A stretch of 64,000 nt of DNA from Ruminococcus sp. (GCA_015066665.1 SVNX01000003.1:39074-103073), one strand, 5' to 3'; numbered from the stretch's first letter, positions 1-8,671 are shown. Notes: a model not told the origin generated them from the sequence alone. Numbers and translations: made by a program.

Positions 1-921
1 GTAATGGACATCGCAAACCAGATGACCAATGAACAGCAGATGGCAAGCATCCGTATGCATAAGGATACGGACTTCTCCTTCCAGAGCTCTTCCGGCTATC
101 GTCACCGTGTTAACGTATATTTCCAGAGAGGCAAGACTGCAATTGCAATCCGTCTTCTCCGCAACGATATCCCCACACTGGAGGATCTGAGCCTGCCGCC
201 CGTACTTGCGGACTTCGCAATGCGTCCCCGTGGCCTTGTGCTCGTAACCGGCCCTACCGGTTCCGGTAAGTCCACCACACTGGCCGGCATGATCGACTTT
301 ATTAACGTAAACCGCAGTGCACATATCATCACCATCGAGGACCCGATCGAGTATGTGCATCAGCATAAGCTCTGCATGATCAACCAGAGAGAAGTCGGCG
401 ATGACGTTCCGGACTTCGCAAGTGCCCTCCGTGCTGCACTTCGTGAAGACCCCGACGTTATCCTCGTAGGTGAGATGCGTGACTTCGAGACCATCACCGC
501 TGCCGTAACCGCTGCGGAAACCGGTCACCTTGTGCTCTCCACCCTGCATACCACTTCCGCTGCCGATACCATCAACCGTATCATCGACGTATATCCCGAG
601 CATCAGCAGGGTCAGATCAGAACCCAGCTTGCAAATACGCTCGTCGGCGTTGTATCCCAGACACTGCTCCCGAAGCGTGATGGCTCCGGCCGAATCGCCG
701 CAATGGAGATCCTGAGCGTTACTGACGCCTGCGCCGCTATGATCCGTGATGACAAGGTGCATCTGCTGCTCTCCGCAATCCAGTCCGGTAAGCAGCACGG
801 CATGATGTGTCTCGACCAGGAGCTGGCTCGTCTCGTAAGACGCGGCATTGTTACTGAGCCCGACGCGATTGACAAGTGCCAGAGCAAGCAGGAATTCTAC
901 CGTTACCTGAACGGTCAGTAA
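1..921 (+). CDS. pilT: Type IV pilus retraction ATPase PilT; 5' end cut by the window edge
   Basis: The ORF at 4..921 stays open to base 1. It has Walker A GPTGSGKST, Asp box EDPDVILVGEMRD and His box TGHLVLSTLHT. About 50 N-terminal residues of a typical PilT are missing. Confidence 0.85.
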   Translation, partial: VMDIANQMTNEQQMASIRMHKDTDFSFQSSSGYRHRVNVYFQRGKTAIAIRLLRNDIPTLEDLSLPPVLADFAMRPRGLVLVTGPTGSGKSTTLAGMIDFINVNRSAHIITIEDPIEYVHQHKLCMINQREVGDDVPDFASALRAALREDPDVILVGEMRDFETITAAVTAAETGHLVLSTLHTTSAADTINRIIDVYPEHQQGQIRTQLANTLVGVVSQTLLPKRDGSGRIAAMEILSVTDACAAMIRDDKVHLLLSAIQSGKQHGMMCLDQELARLVRRGIVTEPDAIDKCQSKQEFYRYLNGQ

Positions 922-931
922 GACAATATGT

Positions 932-961
932 AAAGCCCTCCCATGCGGGAGGGCTTTTTTT
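932..961. terminator. Rho-independent terminator hairpin after pilT, shared with the convergent minus-strand ORF
   Basis: aaagccctccc-atgc-gggagggcttt followed by a T-run. Confidence 0.8.
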
Positions 962-1820
962 ACGCAGTCGGTGCGATAATGGGAAATCCCACAGTTTCGA
1001 GCAGATAGACCGGATCCTGCATCTGCGCTGTCGTCAGTCCCAGACGATTTGTGCCTGTCAGGTTCACCGTCAGCGATGTGTCGAGCAGATTCGTATCCAC
1101 AATGCAGACTTCTTCCGCATTTGCCGTCAGATCGACCGTGCCCGTGCCCGTGACCGCCATTGCCGTGACGGTGTTCCTGTCCTGCGGTGCGCCGGAGAGC
1201 ACAAGCGTCCCGCCATCCAGCCGCAGTGCCCCCGTCAGCAGGCAGTCCTGCAGGCAGGTCAGGGTGTTCGGCGTGATGATGGAAACCGGTGCCCTGCCCT
1301 CGAGGTGAATGTGACAGTTTGTCATCTGCTGGTTGGACAGCACCGCATGTGTGCTGCTGCCCCAGAGCTGCAGGTGCATGCCGCAGCGGTTGAATGTGCC
1401 GCCCGCCGTCAGGACTGAGCGGAAGAGCGTCGCATCGTTCAGCATCAGCCCGGAAAAGCTGCAGTCCTCGAAATGGAACGAGCCGTAGAACACACGCTCC
1501 TGCATGCCGATGACATTGCGAAAGTGCAGATTCTTGCAGAGCCGCTTCACATTATCCGGATGGAAGGTGATATAATATCCGTTCTTGGCAACGTAATTGC
1601 GGATCTCCCAGCCGCTGCCGTCCACATAGGCATAGATGTTGAGGCTGCTCTTCATGCCGCCGCGGTCTTCGGTGTCGTTGAGGTCGATGACCTTGTTCTC
1701 CGCATTGGGGTCGAGCACCACATAGCAGTTGCGGTAGGTGCTGTAGTACTTGAAATCCTCCCAGGTGTCGACGATATACGGGTCGGTCTGCGTACCCGAG
1801 CCGGAATGTGCCATATGCAT
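960..1820 (-). CDS. Hypothetical protein, possibly a beta-helix-like repeat protein
   Basis: Long ORF with coding-like composition. The start was chosen after the AAAGGGGA RBS (MHMAHSGSGTQTDPYIV...). No signal peptide or catalytic motif was recognised. Confidence 0.5.
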   Translation of the reverse strand: MHMAHSGSGTQTDPYIVDTWEDFKYYSTYRNCYVVLDPNAENKVIDLNDTEDRGGMKSSLNIYAYVDGSGWEIRNYVAKNGYYITFHPDNVKRLCKNLHFRNVIGMQERVFYGSFHFEDCSFSGLMLNDATLFRSVLTAGGTFNRCGMHLQLWGSSTHAVLSNQQMTNCHIHLEGRAPVSIITPNTLTCLQDCLLTGALRLDGGTLVLSGAPQDRNTVTAMAVTGTGTVDLTANAEEVCIVDTNLLDTSLTVNLTGTNRLGLTTAQMQDPVYLLETVGFPIIAPTA

Positions 1821-1894
1821 TTCCCCTTTCGTTGTTTTGGAAAGCAGTGCTTTCACTTTACGCATAAAAAGGGGAGAAGTTGTACATACTCATA

Positions 1895-1930
1895 CAACAA
1901 AAAGAAAACGCCTCCGGAATGGAGGCGTTT
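1895..1930 (-). terminator. Rho-independent terminator for the minus-strand pilin gene
   Basis: Hairpin aaacgcctcc-ggaa-tggaggcgttt with a U-run on the minus strand. It lies 35 nt beyond the stop at 1965 of the extended pilin frame. Confidence 0.7.
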
Positions 1931-2045
1931 TGAGTGTTTTGTTTAGAAATAAACTTCAGTTCACTTACGGAGTGGTTTTGTAGCCAGTAGCAGCTGCTGT
2001 CAGAGCAGCACCAGATGTTGTCATAGTGGCAGACTGATCTTCAGG

Positions 2046-2453
2046 TCATGCATTGGGATTAGTACCGCAGTACTTACCATCGAATACGGCAGTAGCCTTG
2101 ATTGCAGTACCATTTGTATCAATCTCATAAGCAGCCCAGCCGCTCTTCTTACCGAACTGATCTACGCCATCAAAGTACTTCTTAACCTTGGCATCAAAAT
2201 CCTTGTTGCCCTTACCCCATTCCTTCTGACCATAATCAGCTGCTACCATGGGCTTACCCTCAGCGTCCATCTCAGTCAGAGCGGTAGCGCAAGCGTTCAT
2301 CATGGTCTTCGCATTGGAGTTTGCAGAAGCAACCTTGGACTTCTTAACATAACCCAGCATGGAAGGCACCAGAATAGCTGCCAGTACGCCGATGATTGCG
2401 ATTACAACGATCAGCTCAACGAGTGTGAAACCCTTCATCTTTCTTGTTTTCAT
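2046..2453 (-). CDS. Type IV pilin (prepilin-type N-terminal cleavage/methylation domain), copy 1
   Basis: MKTRKMKG|FTLVELIVVIAIIGVLAAILVP is a class III signal peptide with G-F cleavage and Glu+5. An AGGAGG RBS is present. The ORF ends at a TGA where the paralog has Cys. Confidence 0.85.
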   Translation of the reverse strand: MKTRKMKGFTLVELIVVIAIIGVLAAILVPSMLGYVKKSKVASANSNAKTMMNACATALTEMDAEGKPMVAADYGQKEWGKGNKDFDAKVKKYFDGVDQFGKKSGWAAYEIDTNGTAIKATAVFDGKYCGTNPNA

Positions 2454-2479
2454 AATGAAAACCTCCTTAAATAAATAAT
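2256..2479. repeat. Inverted repeat, left arm (pilin 5' CDS plus RBS)
   Basis: Its reverse complement matches 3855..4078, with 3 mismatches seen in the 198-nt coding part and identity over 26 nt upstream of the ATG. Confidence 0.9.
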
Positions 2480-3424
2480 TTAAGGAGATGCCATCAGTTC
2501 CACCGCCCGCCGCTTCTGCTCCATCTGCGGGTGGACATAGAGATGCAGTGTCAGATTGACATTGGCATGGCCAAGCAGCTCGCTCACCGTCTTGTAGTCG
2601 GCCCCATGCTCGATCAGCCTTGTTGCAAATGTGTGCCGCAGACCGTGGAACGTGATGTGCCCAAGCCCAAGCTCCCGCAGCAGCCGGTCATAGCTCTCCC
2701 GATAGGTACGGGGTTCGGTGTATTTCCGTGAACCTGTGAGTACATAGGCCTCGGGGTCGGGGACACGCATCTCCTCAAGAATCGGGAAAATCATCGAGGA
2801 CAGCGGTATCGTCCTGCGGGATGTGCGGGATTTGGGCGGGGTGATGATGACCCGTGTCTCACCGCTGCCGTCCCCGTGCGGCTCGTAAATGCGCTGAATT
2901 GTGCGGCTGACCGTCAGCGTCCGTTCGGAAAAGTCGATGTCCTTCCACTGCAGTGCGCACAGCTCACCGATGCGCAGTCCCGTGTGCAGGCAGAGCAGCA
3001 CCCCCATCCGCCGCGGCGTCGGATGCTGTAGAATGTACTCCGTGAGCACCTGCTGCTGTTCCTGCGAAAAGACCCGCAGCCGTTCATGCGGGTCGGATTT
3101 CGGGTACCGGATTTCAAGCGGCATGGGCGCAGTGTATCCCGCCCGTGCGGCGGATTTCAGACTCATCCGGATAATGGCCACAAGTCCCCGCACCGTCCGT
3201 TCCGACAGTCCGCCCCGACCGTCACGCCGTCCGGCGGTGAGCCATGCCAGCACCGTCTCCTGAAGACGCTCCTCCGTGACCTCAGAAACGGGCAGCCCGC
3301 CGAGCTGCGGTACAATGTGATTGGTCACCGCCGTGCTGTATCCCGCAAGAGTCGCTTCCTTGACAAATCCCTCCCGCTGTGCAAGCCAGCCGGAGAGCCA
3401 GTCCTTGTACAGAATTGCTTTCAT
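2480..3424 (-). CDS. Tyrosine site-specific recombinase/integrase
   Basis: Catalytic motifs TGLRIGEL (Arg), HGLRHTFATRL (H-x-x-R) and LLGHANVNLTLHLYVH (His/Tyr). Start taken at MKAILYKDWL after the GAAAGGA RBS; the ORF is open up to 3484. Confidence 0.85.
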   Translation of the reverse strand: MKAILYKDWLSGWLAQREGFVKEATLAGYSTAVTNHIVPQLGGLPVSEVTEERLQETVLAWLTAGRRDGRGGLSERTVRGLVAIIRMSLKSAARAGYTAPMPLEIRYPKSDPHERLRVFSQEQQQVLTEYILQHPTPRRMGVLLCLHTGLRIGELCALQWKDIDFSERTLTVSRTIQRIYEPHGDGSGETRVIITPPKSRTSRRTIPLSSMIFPILEEMRVPDPEAYVLTGSRKYTEPRTYRESYDRLLRELGLGHITFHGLRHTFATRLIEHGADYKTVSELLGHANVNLTLHLYVHPQMEQKRRAVELMASP

Positions 3425-3741
3425 TTGCATCCATCCTTTCTTATTATATGTATCCATCTTATCGCATCTTTTCCGGATGCGCAAATGGTTCGCATCCTAT
3501 TTTCTACGGTTTGGAATATTCATAATTACATGTACGAAATGTGAACAGCTCATTTTGAAAAAATCGCCGGAATTTCTATGGAAAGTTCAAATATCAGCCA
3601 TAATTCAACGGAACGCACGCCTTAAACCGTGCATTTGTTCGTTTTCTTTGTTGATTTTGACGGAAAAAGGGTCTACTTAAACGATTTAAATTTCGTAAAC
3701 GTAAAAAACTGTTCATAATTTATTTTTTTTACGGAAAACTA

Positions 3742-3770
3742 TTGACAAAAGATTAGACATATGCTATACT
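3742..3770 (+). promoter_or_regulatory. Sigma-70 type promoter directed into pilin copy 2
   Basis: TTGACA, 17-nt spacer, TATACT, about 110 nt upstream of the ATG at 3881. Confidence 0.65.
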
Positions 3771-3854
3771 TAGTACATAAGGAACACACCAGACCGATAA
3801 TAGATGGTGTGGTCCGGAGAAGGGGGACGGGTTACCTGTTCCGACTACAATTAT

Positions 3855-4078
3855 ATTATTTATTTAAGGAGGTTTTCATTATGAAAACAAGAAAGATGAA
3901 GGGTTTCACACTCGTTGAGCTGATCGTTGTAATCGCAATCATCGGCGTACTGGCAGCTATTCTGGTGCCTTCCATGCTGGGCTATGTTAAGAAGTCCAAG
4001 GTTGCTTCTGCAAACTCCAATGCGAAGACCCTGATGAACGCTTGCGCTACTGCTCTGACTGAGATGGACGCTGAGGGT
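3855..4078. repeat. Inverted repeat, right arm (pilin 5' CDS plus RBS)
   Basis: Matches the reverse complement of 2256..2479. Confidence 0.9.
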
Positions 4079-4366
4079 CTGACTCTGGACGTTACTGCTG
4101 GTGCTGTTGTTACTTACAGTACATCCACTGACACAGATACAATGAATGGTAAGATTGCTAAGTACTTTGATGGCGTTGATTCCTTCACAGGTACTAATCA
4201 GTTCGCTGCTTATCAGATCAGCTCTGATGGTACTGCAATTGAGGGTTGTGCAGTTCGTGATGGTAAGTACACAGGTACAAACCCCCACGCTTGCCCCGAG
4301 GATAAGTCTGCTGGTCTGTCCACAGCTGCTGATGCAGTTGGAAAGGCTATCTCCGGCTCCTTCTAA
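3881..4366 (+). CDS. Type IV pilin, copy 2 (promoter-proximal in this orientation)
   Basis: Its first 66 residues match copy 1 except for one substitution. The C-terminal part is divergent and has two Cys (GCAVRDGKYTGTNPHAC). True start is MKTRKMKGF after the AGGAGG RBS, not the tracked start at 3761. Confidence 0.85.
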   Translation: MKTRKMKGFTLVELIVVIAIIGVLAAILVPSMLGYVKKSKVASANSNAKTLMNACATALTEMDAEGLTLDVTAGAVVTYSTSTDTDTMNGKIAKYFDGVDSFTGTNQFAAYQISSDGTAIEGCAVRDGKYTGTNPHACPEDKSAGLSTAADAVGKAISGSF

Positions 4367-4386
4367 GAATCACTTATGTGAACACA

Positions 4387-4416
4387 AAGACCTCCCATAT
4401 CGGGAGGTCTTTTTTT
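4387..4416 (+). terminator. Rho-independent terminator after pilin copy 2
   Basis: aagacctccc-atatc-gggaggtctt followed by a T-run. Confidence 0.8.
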
Positions 4417-4561
4417 ACATGTCTTTTGCAGTATTTTGCACAAATTTCTGCCAATCCCTTGCAATTGCCTGTGAAGTATGCTATAATGTAAGTATCACTT
4501 TGCCCGATTAAAACGGGCAGGCGAGAATCAATGAACGTTTCACCGTGAAAGGAGATCCATT

Positions 4562-5977
4562 ATGGGACTGATTAAAGCAGGTCTGGCCGCTGTCGGCGGC
4601 ACTCTGGGCGATGCCTGGAAGGAATTTTTCTACTGTGACGCCATCGATAAGGATGTGCTCGTGCTCAAGGCAAAGAAGCGTACAAACGGCAAATCCTCCA
4701 ATACAAAGGGCAATGACAACATCATCACCACCGGAAGCGGCATCGCTGTTGCGGACGGCCAGTGCATGATCATTGTCGATCAGGGTCAGGTTGTGGAAAT
4801 CTGTGCCGTGCCCGGTGAGTATACATACGATATGTCCACAGAGGCAAGCGTTTTCTCCGGCAGCCTCGGCTCCGGTATTGTTGAGACCTTCAAGACCATG
4901 GGCAGACGCCTTGCCTATGGCGGCGACACCGGCAAGGATCAGCGCATCTACTTCTTCAACACCAAGGAGCTGATGGGCAATATGTTCGGCACCCAGAACC
5001 CCGTGCCCTTCCGTGTGGTTGACAAGAACATCGGCCTCGATATCGACATCACCGTTCGCTGCAATGGTACTTATTCCTATAAGATCACAGACCCCATGCT
5101 GTTCTATGCCAATGTATGCGGCAACGTATCCGGCGAGTTCAGAAGAAGCGAGATCGACGCACAGCTCAAGAGCGAGTTCCGCAATGCGCTGCAGCCGGCC
5201 TTCGCCAAGATTTCTGAAATGGGCATCCGCTACAGTGCTCTGCCCGGCCATACCATGGAGCTGACCGATGCCCTCAACGAGGTGCTCTCTCCCAAGTGGG
5301 CTGAGACCAGAGGTCTGAGTCTGGTATCCGTTGCCATCAACTCCATCACTGCCCCCAAGGAAGACGAGGACATGATCAAGCAGGCACAGCGTCTGGCCCT
5401 GAACCGCAATCCCGGCATGGCTGCCGCAACCATGGTTGAGGCACAGGCTGCCGCAATGAAGGCAGCGGCCAGCAACAGCGGCGGAGCCATGATGGGCTTC
5501 ATGGGCCTGAACATGGCGCAGCAGCAGGGCGGTATGAGCGCACAGAATCTCTTTGCCATGGATCAGCAGCAGCAGATGATGCAGCAGCAGATGATGCAGC
5601 AGCAGCCTGCCGCACCGGCAGCCAATACATGGAAGTGCAGCTGCGGTACAGACAACACCGGCAAGTTCTGCATGAACTGCGCATCCCCCAAGCCCGCTCC
5701 GGCCGGCCAGTGGACCTGCCAGTGCGGCACTGTGAATTCCGGTAAGTTCTGCATGAACTGTGCATCTCCCAAGCCCGGTGCGCCTGCAGAAGGCTGGACA
5801 TGCCAGTGCGGCACGCTCAACACCGGCAAGTTCTGCATGAACTGCGCATCCCCCAAGCCCGCCGGTGCACCCCTGTACCGCTGCGACAAGTGCGGCTGGG
5901 AACCCGCCGACCCGAAGAATCCGCCCAAGTTCTGTCCGGAATGCGGCGATGTATTCGATGAGGCAGACATCAAGTAA
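4562..5977 (+). CDS. SPFH-domain (YdjI / 'virion core protein'-like) protein with C-terminal zinc-ribbon repeats
   Basis: N-terminus MGLIKAGLAAVGGTLGDAWKEFFYCD, a Q/M-rich linker, three W-x-C-x-C-G-x5-KFCMNC-ASPKP units and one C-x2-C...C-x2-C ribbon. Confidence 0.6.
   Translation: MGLIKAGLAAVGGTLGDAWKEFFYCDAIDKDVLVLKAKKRTNGKSSNTKGNDNIITTGSGIAVADGQCMIIVDQGQVVEICAVPGEYTYDMSTEASVFSGSLGSGIVETFKTMGRRLAYGGDTGKDQRIYFFNTKELMGNMFGTQNPVPFRVVDKNIGLDIDITVRCNGTYSYKITDPMLFYANVCGNVSGEFRRSEIDAQLKSEFRNALQPAFAKISEMGIRYSALPGHTMELTDALNEVLSPKWAETRGLSLVSVAINSITAPKEDEDMIKQAQRLALNRNPGMAAATMVEAQAAAMKAAASNSGGAMMGFMGLNMAQQQGGMSAQNLFAMDQQQQMMQQQMMQQQPAAPAANTWKCSCGTDNTGKFCMNCASPKPAPAGQWTCQCGTVNSGKFCMNCASPKPGAPAEGWTCQCGTLNTGKFCMNCASPKPAGAPLYRCDKCGWEPADPKNPPKFCPECGDVFDEADIK
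5627..5875 (+). repeat. Three in-frame tandem ~83-bp units encoding zinc-ribbon modules
   Basis: WKCSCGTDNTGKFCMNCASPKP / WTCQCGTVNSGKFCMNCASPKP / WTCQCGTLNTGKFCMNCASPKP. Confidence 0.85.
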
Positions 5978-6059
5978 ATGACGGACGGTGGTTCCATGCC
6001 GGCTCGCCGGCGGAACCATCTGCCTTTATTGTCAGTTTGAGAAGAATTGAGGTAGAGAA

Positions 6060-7139
6060 ATGGGAAATCTGAAGGAATTTGAATGCCCCTGCTGCGGCGG
6101 TAAGATCGAATTCGACAGCGCCAGCCAGCAGATGCAGTGCCCCTATTGTGACTCCACGTTCGATATGGCGGCCATGCAGGATCTGGAGGAAGACATCCAG
6201 ACACAGAATGATACATCGATCGAGTGGGCGGATTCCGCCGGCTCGGAATGGGGAGAGGGCGAACAGCAGGGCATGAGCGTGTACCGCTGTCAGTCCTGCG
6301 GCGGTGAGATCGTAGCGGAGGAGACGCTTGGTGCGTCTGCCTGCCCGTACTGCGACAATCCGATCGTCATGACAGGTAAATTCGCCGGCGATCTGCGTCC
6401 GGATGTGGTCATTCCGTTCAAGCTCGATAAGGAAGCTGCCAAGGCTGCCCTTTCGAAGCATCTCAAGGGCAAGGTGCTCCTGCCCAAGGCCTTTAAGGAT
6501 GAGAACCACATCGACGAAGTCAAGGGCGTGTATGTCCCCTTCTGGCTGTTCGATGCGAAAGCACAGGGCAGAGTCCGCTTCAAGGGACAGAAGGTTCGCC
6601 GCTGGGAGGATGCCCGCTATGAGTATAAGGAAACCAGCTATTACTCCCTCGTGCGTGAGGGCAGAATGGCCTTCGAGCATGTGCCGGTGGACGGCTCCTC
6701 CAAGATGGATGACGAACTGATGGAATCCGTTGAGCCGTATCATTACAGCGATACTGTGGATTTCAAGACTGCGTATCTGTCCGGCTATCTGGCCGATAAG
6801 TACGATGTGACCGCCGAGCAGAGCGAGGCGCGTGCCAATGAGCGTATCACCAACAGCATGGTGCAGTCGCTCAAGGATACCACCGACGGCTTCCAGAATG
6901 TGACCGTCGATTCCAAGCGCATCAGCCTGGAAAGCGGCAAGGCGCAGTATGCGCTCTATCCCGTATGGCTGCTCAATACCACATGGAACGATCAGAAATT
7001 CACCTTTGCCATGAACGGTCAGACCGGCAAGTTCGTCGGCAATCTGCCGATGGATAAGGGCAAGTTCTGGACAATGGCACTCTCACTCGGCGTTGGCCTG
7101 AGTGTTGTTGCGACCATTGTGATGACGCTGATAGGATAA
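6060..7139 (+). CDS. Double zinc-ribbon protein with a C-terminal TM anchor (YdjG-like)
   Basis: CPCCGGK..CPYCDS and CQSCGG..CPYCDN motifs. C-terminal hydrophobic helix FWTMALSLGVGLSVVATIVMTLI. Confidence 0.55.
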   Translation: MGNLKEFECPCCGGKIEFDSASQQMQCPYCDSTFDMAAMQDLEEDIQTQNDTSIEWADSAGSEWGEGEQQGMSVYRCQSCGGEIVAEETLGASACPYCDNPIVMTGKFAGDLRPDVVIPFKLDKEAAKAALSKHLKGKVLLPKAFKDENHIDEVKGVYVPFWLFDAKAQGRVRFKGQKVRRWEDARYEYKETSYYSLVREGRMAFEHVPVDGSSKMDDELMESVEPYHYSDTVDFKTAYLSGYLADKYDVTAEQSEARANERITNSMVQSLKDTTDGFQNVTVDSKRISLESGKAQYALYPVWLLNTTWNDQKFTFAMNGQTGKFVGNLPMDKGKFWTMALSLGVGLSVVATIVMTLIG

Positions 7140-7153
7140 GGAGGGAGGCCATT

Positions 7154-7585
7154 ATGAAAAAGATTCTTGCATGTCTTGCATGTGCACTGACAATGTGTAT
7201 GGCACCCGCTGTGTCCGCATCGGCTGCACAGGATATGGAGCCGGCAGTCATCGTCTGCGCAGCGGAGGATGAGATCCTCACTGCGGATGTGTCGGTTGCA
7301 GCTGTGACAGCAAACGGCGTGTCCATCGTGGCAGAAGCGGCGGGCGAGGAAAGCAGTGCGGATGAAGGCGGTTTCGATGTGATGAATCTCGTCATCGGCG
7401 TCATCGCCGGCGTGATCATCACTGCAATTATCATGGCGATTCTGGCAGGCCAGCTCAAGAGCGTGAAGAGCGAGGAGCAGGCCAAGGAATATGTGGTGCG
7501 CGGCAGCTTCAAGCTGACCGGCAAGCGTGATATCTTCCTCTACAAGCGTTTGGAAAAGAAGGAAAAACCCCAAAACAATGATTGA
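7154..7585 (+). CDS. Small signal-peptide/TM protein, third gene of the SPFH module
   Basis: N-terminal signal-like MKKILACLACALTMCMAPAVSASA, an internal TM helix and a basic C-terminal tail. It starts 14 nt after the preceding gene. Confidence 0.5.
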   Translation: MKKILACLACALTMCMAPAVSASAAQDMEPAVIVCAAEDEILTADVSVAAVTANGVSIVAEAAGEESSADEGGFDVMNLVIGVIAGVIITAIIMAILAGQLKSVKSEEQAKEYVVRGSFKLTGKRDIFLYKRLEKKEKPQNND

Positions 7586-7662
7586 CGGAACAAGTGAGTC
7601 TGACATGGTAGCCGGCCGTATCTGCCGATGGGAAAATGAAGAATTAAAGGAGAACATCAGTT

Positions 7663-8571
7663 ATGTACGGTTCATCCAATGAGTACAGAAGACGATTCCG
7701 ATGGGAATATGTCGCTGTTTTGGCGATTGTGGCGGTGTTGGCATTCGGCATCATTCTGATGCTGCGCCGGCCCGATCCGGAGTCACAGGAAACAGCGATG
7801 AATATGACGGACACCACGGGCGCATCCGATGAGACCGCACCTTCCGGAACCGCTGCCTTGACAAGTGCCGATGCGTCTGCCGAAACGGCAGTGAACGAGC
7901 AGCCGGAACCGAGCGAAACACCGGCCACCGAGCCGACGGATCCCCCCACGGAGCCGCCGAAGTGCGTGGAGATCAATGTGCCCTACATCTCACAGAAGGG
8001 CCTGCTGCCCACGGGCTGCGAGCTGGTCAGCGCACTGATGCTGCTGCAGTTCTATGACTGTGACGTCACGATCGATGATGTCGTGGAGGCGACGCCCAGC
8101 CAGTATCCCGTCACCAAGGAGGGCAAGGCCTGCGGGCCGCATCCGGAGGATGCCTTCATCGGCAGTCCGCATGATGAAACAAGCTTCGGCTGTTTTGCAC
8201 CGGTTATCACGGATATGATGAACAGTTTTCTGCCGGAGGATCTGAAAGCGAAGGACATCTCCGGCATGGATCTTGACGAGATTGCACAGAAATATCTGCC
8301 CGAGGGCAAGCCTGTGCTTGTCTGGGGGACAATCAATATGATGGAGTCCTTTGAAAATCTGGGCTGGTATCTGGAGGATGAGAACGGCAATCCCACGGAC
8401 GAATGGTACGATTGGCGTGCCAATGAGCACTGTATGGTGCTGGTTGGCTATGATGAGACGTATTACTATGTGAACGATCCCTATGGCAACAAGGGTACGG
8501 TTTCCTATAAACGGTCGCTGATGGAACAGCGGTACGAGGAGATCGGCGGCTATGCTGTGGTCGTAGAATAA
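7663..8571 (+). CDS. Membrane-anchored C39-like cysteine peptidase domain protein (YvpB-like)
   Basis: N-terminal TM, a T/P/E-rich linker, then INVPYISQKGLLPTGCELVSALMLLQFY (candidate catalytic Cys) and a downstream EHCMVLVGYD His motif. Confidence 0.6.
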   Translation: MYGSSNEYRRRFRWEYVAVLAIVAVLAFGIILMLRRPDPESQETAMNMTDTTGASDETAPSGTAALTSADASAETAVNEQPEPSETPATEPTDPPTEPPKCVEINVPYISQKGLLPTGCELVSALMLLQFYDCDVTIDDVVEATPSQYPVTKEGKACGPHPEDAFIGSPHDETSFGCFAPVITDMMNSFLPEDLKAKDISGMDLDEIAQKYLPEGKPVLVWGTINMMESFENLGWYLEDENGNPTDEWYDWRANEHCMVLVGYDETYYYVNDPYGNKGTVSYKRSLMEQRYEEIGGYAVVVE

Positions 8572-8578
8572 GAAAATC

Positions 8579-8612
8579 GGAGCCGCCCACCCTCAGGGCG
8601 GTTCCTTTTTTG
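8579..8612 (+). terminator. Rho-independent terminator
   Basis: ggagccgccc-loop-gggcggttcc followed by a T-run. Confidence 0.7.
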
Positions 8613-8642
8613 TTTCAATTTAAATTTTTTTTGAAATAGCTC

Positions 8643-8671
8643 TTGACAAATGAATCACAAAGTGGTATAAT
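8643..8671 (+). promoter_or_regulatory. Consensus sigma-70 promoter of the sdpR-like operon
   Basis: TTGACA, 17-nt spacer, TATAAT. Confidence 0.75.

Larger units (their letters stand above)
2256..4078. mobile_element. Putative invertible pilin switch: inverted repeats bracketing a recombinase gene and a promoter
   Basis: ~224-bp inverted repeats flank a 1.37-kb segment that holds a tyrosine recombinase and a consensus sigma-70 promoter firing outward into one pilin. Confidence 0.55.

Noticed and set aside
3761-3880. The N-terminal extension of pilin copy 2 suggested by the ORF track (201 aa starting at 3761)
   Set aside because: The extension overlaps the promoter -10 region. The AGGAGG RBS and the class III signal peptide (MKTRKMKG|F) identify 3881 as the start, identical to copy 1.
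4508-6019. A 503-aa minus-strand ORF opposite the SPFH gene
   Set aside because: It is antisense to a plus-strand gene with clear zinc-ribbon repeats and an SPFH-like N-terminus. The translated sequence is low complexity.
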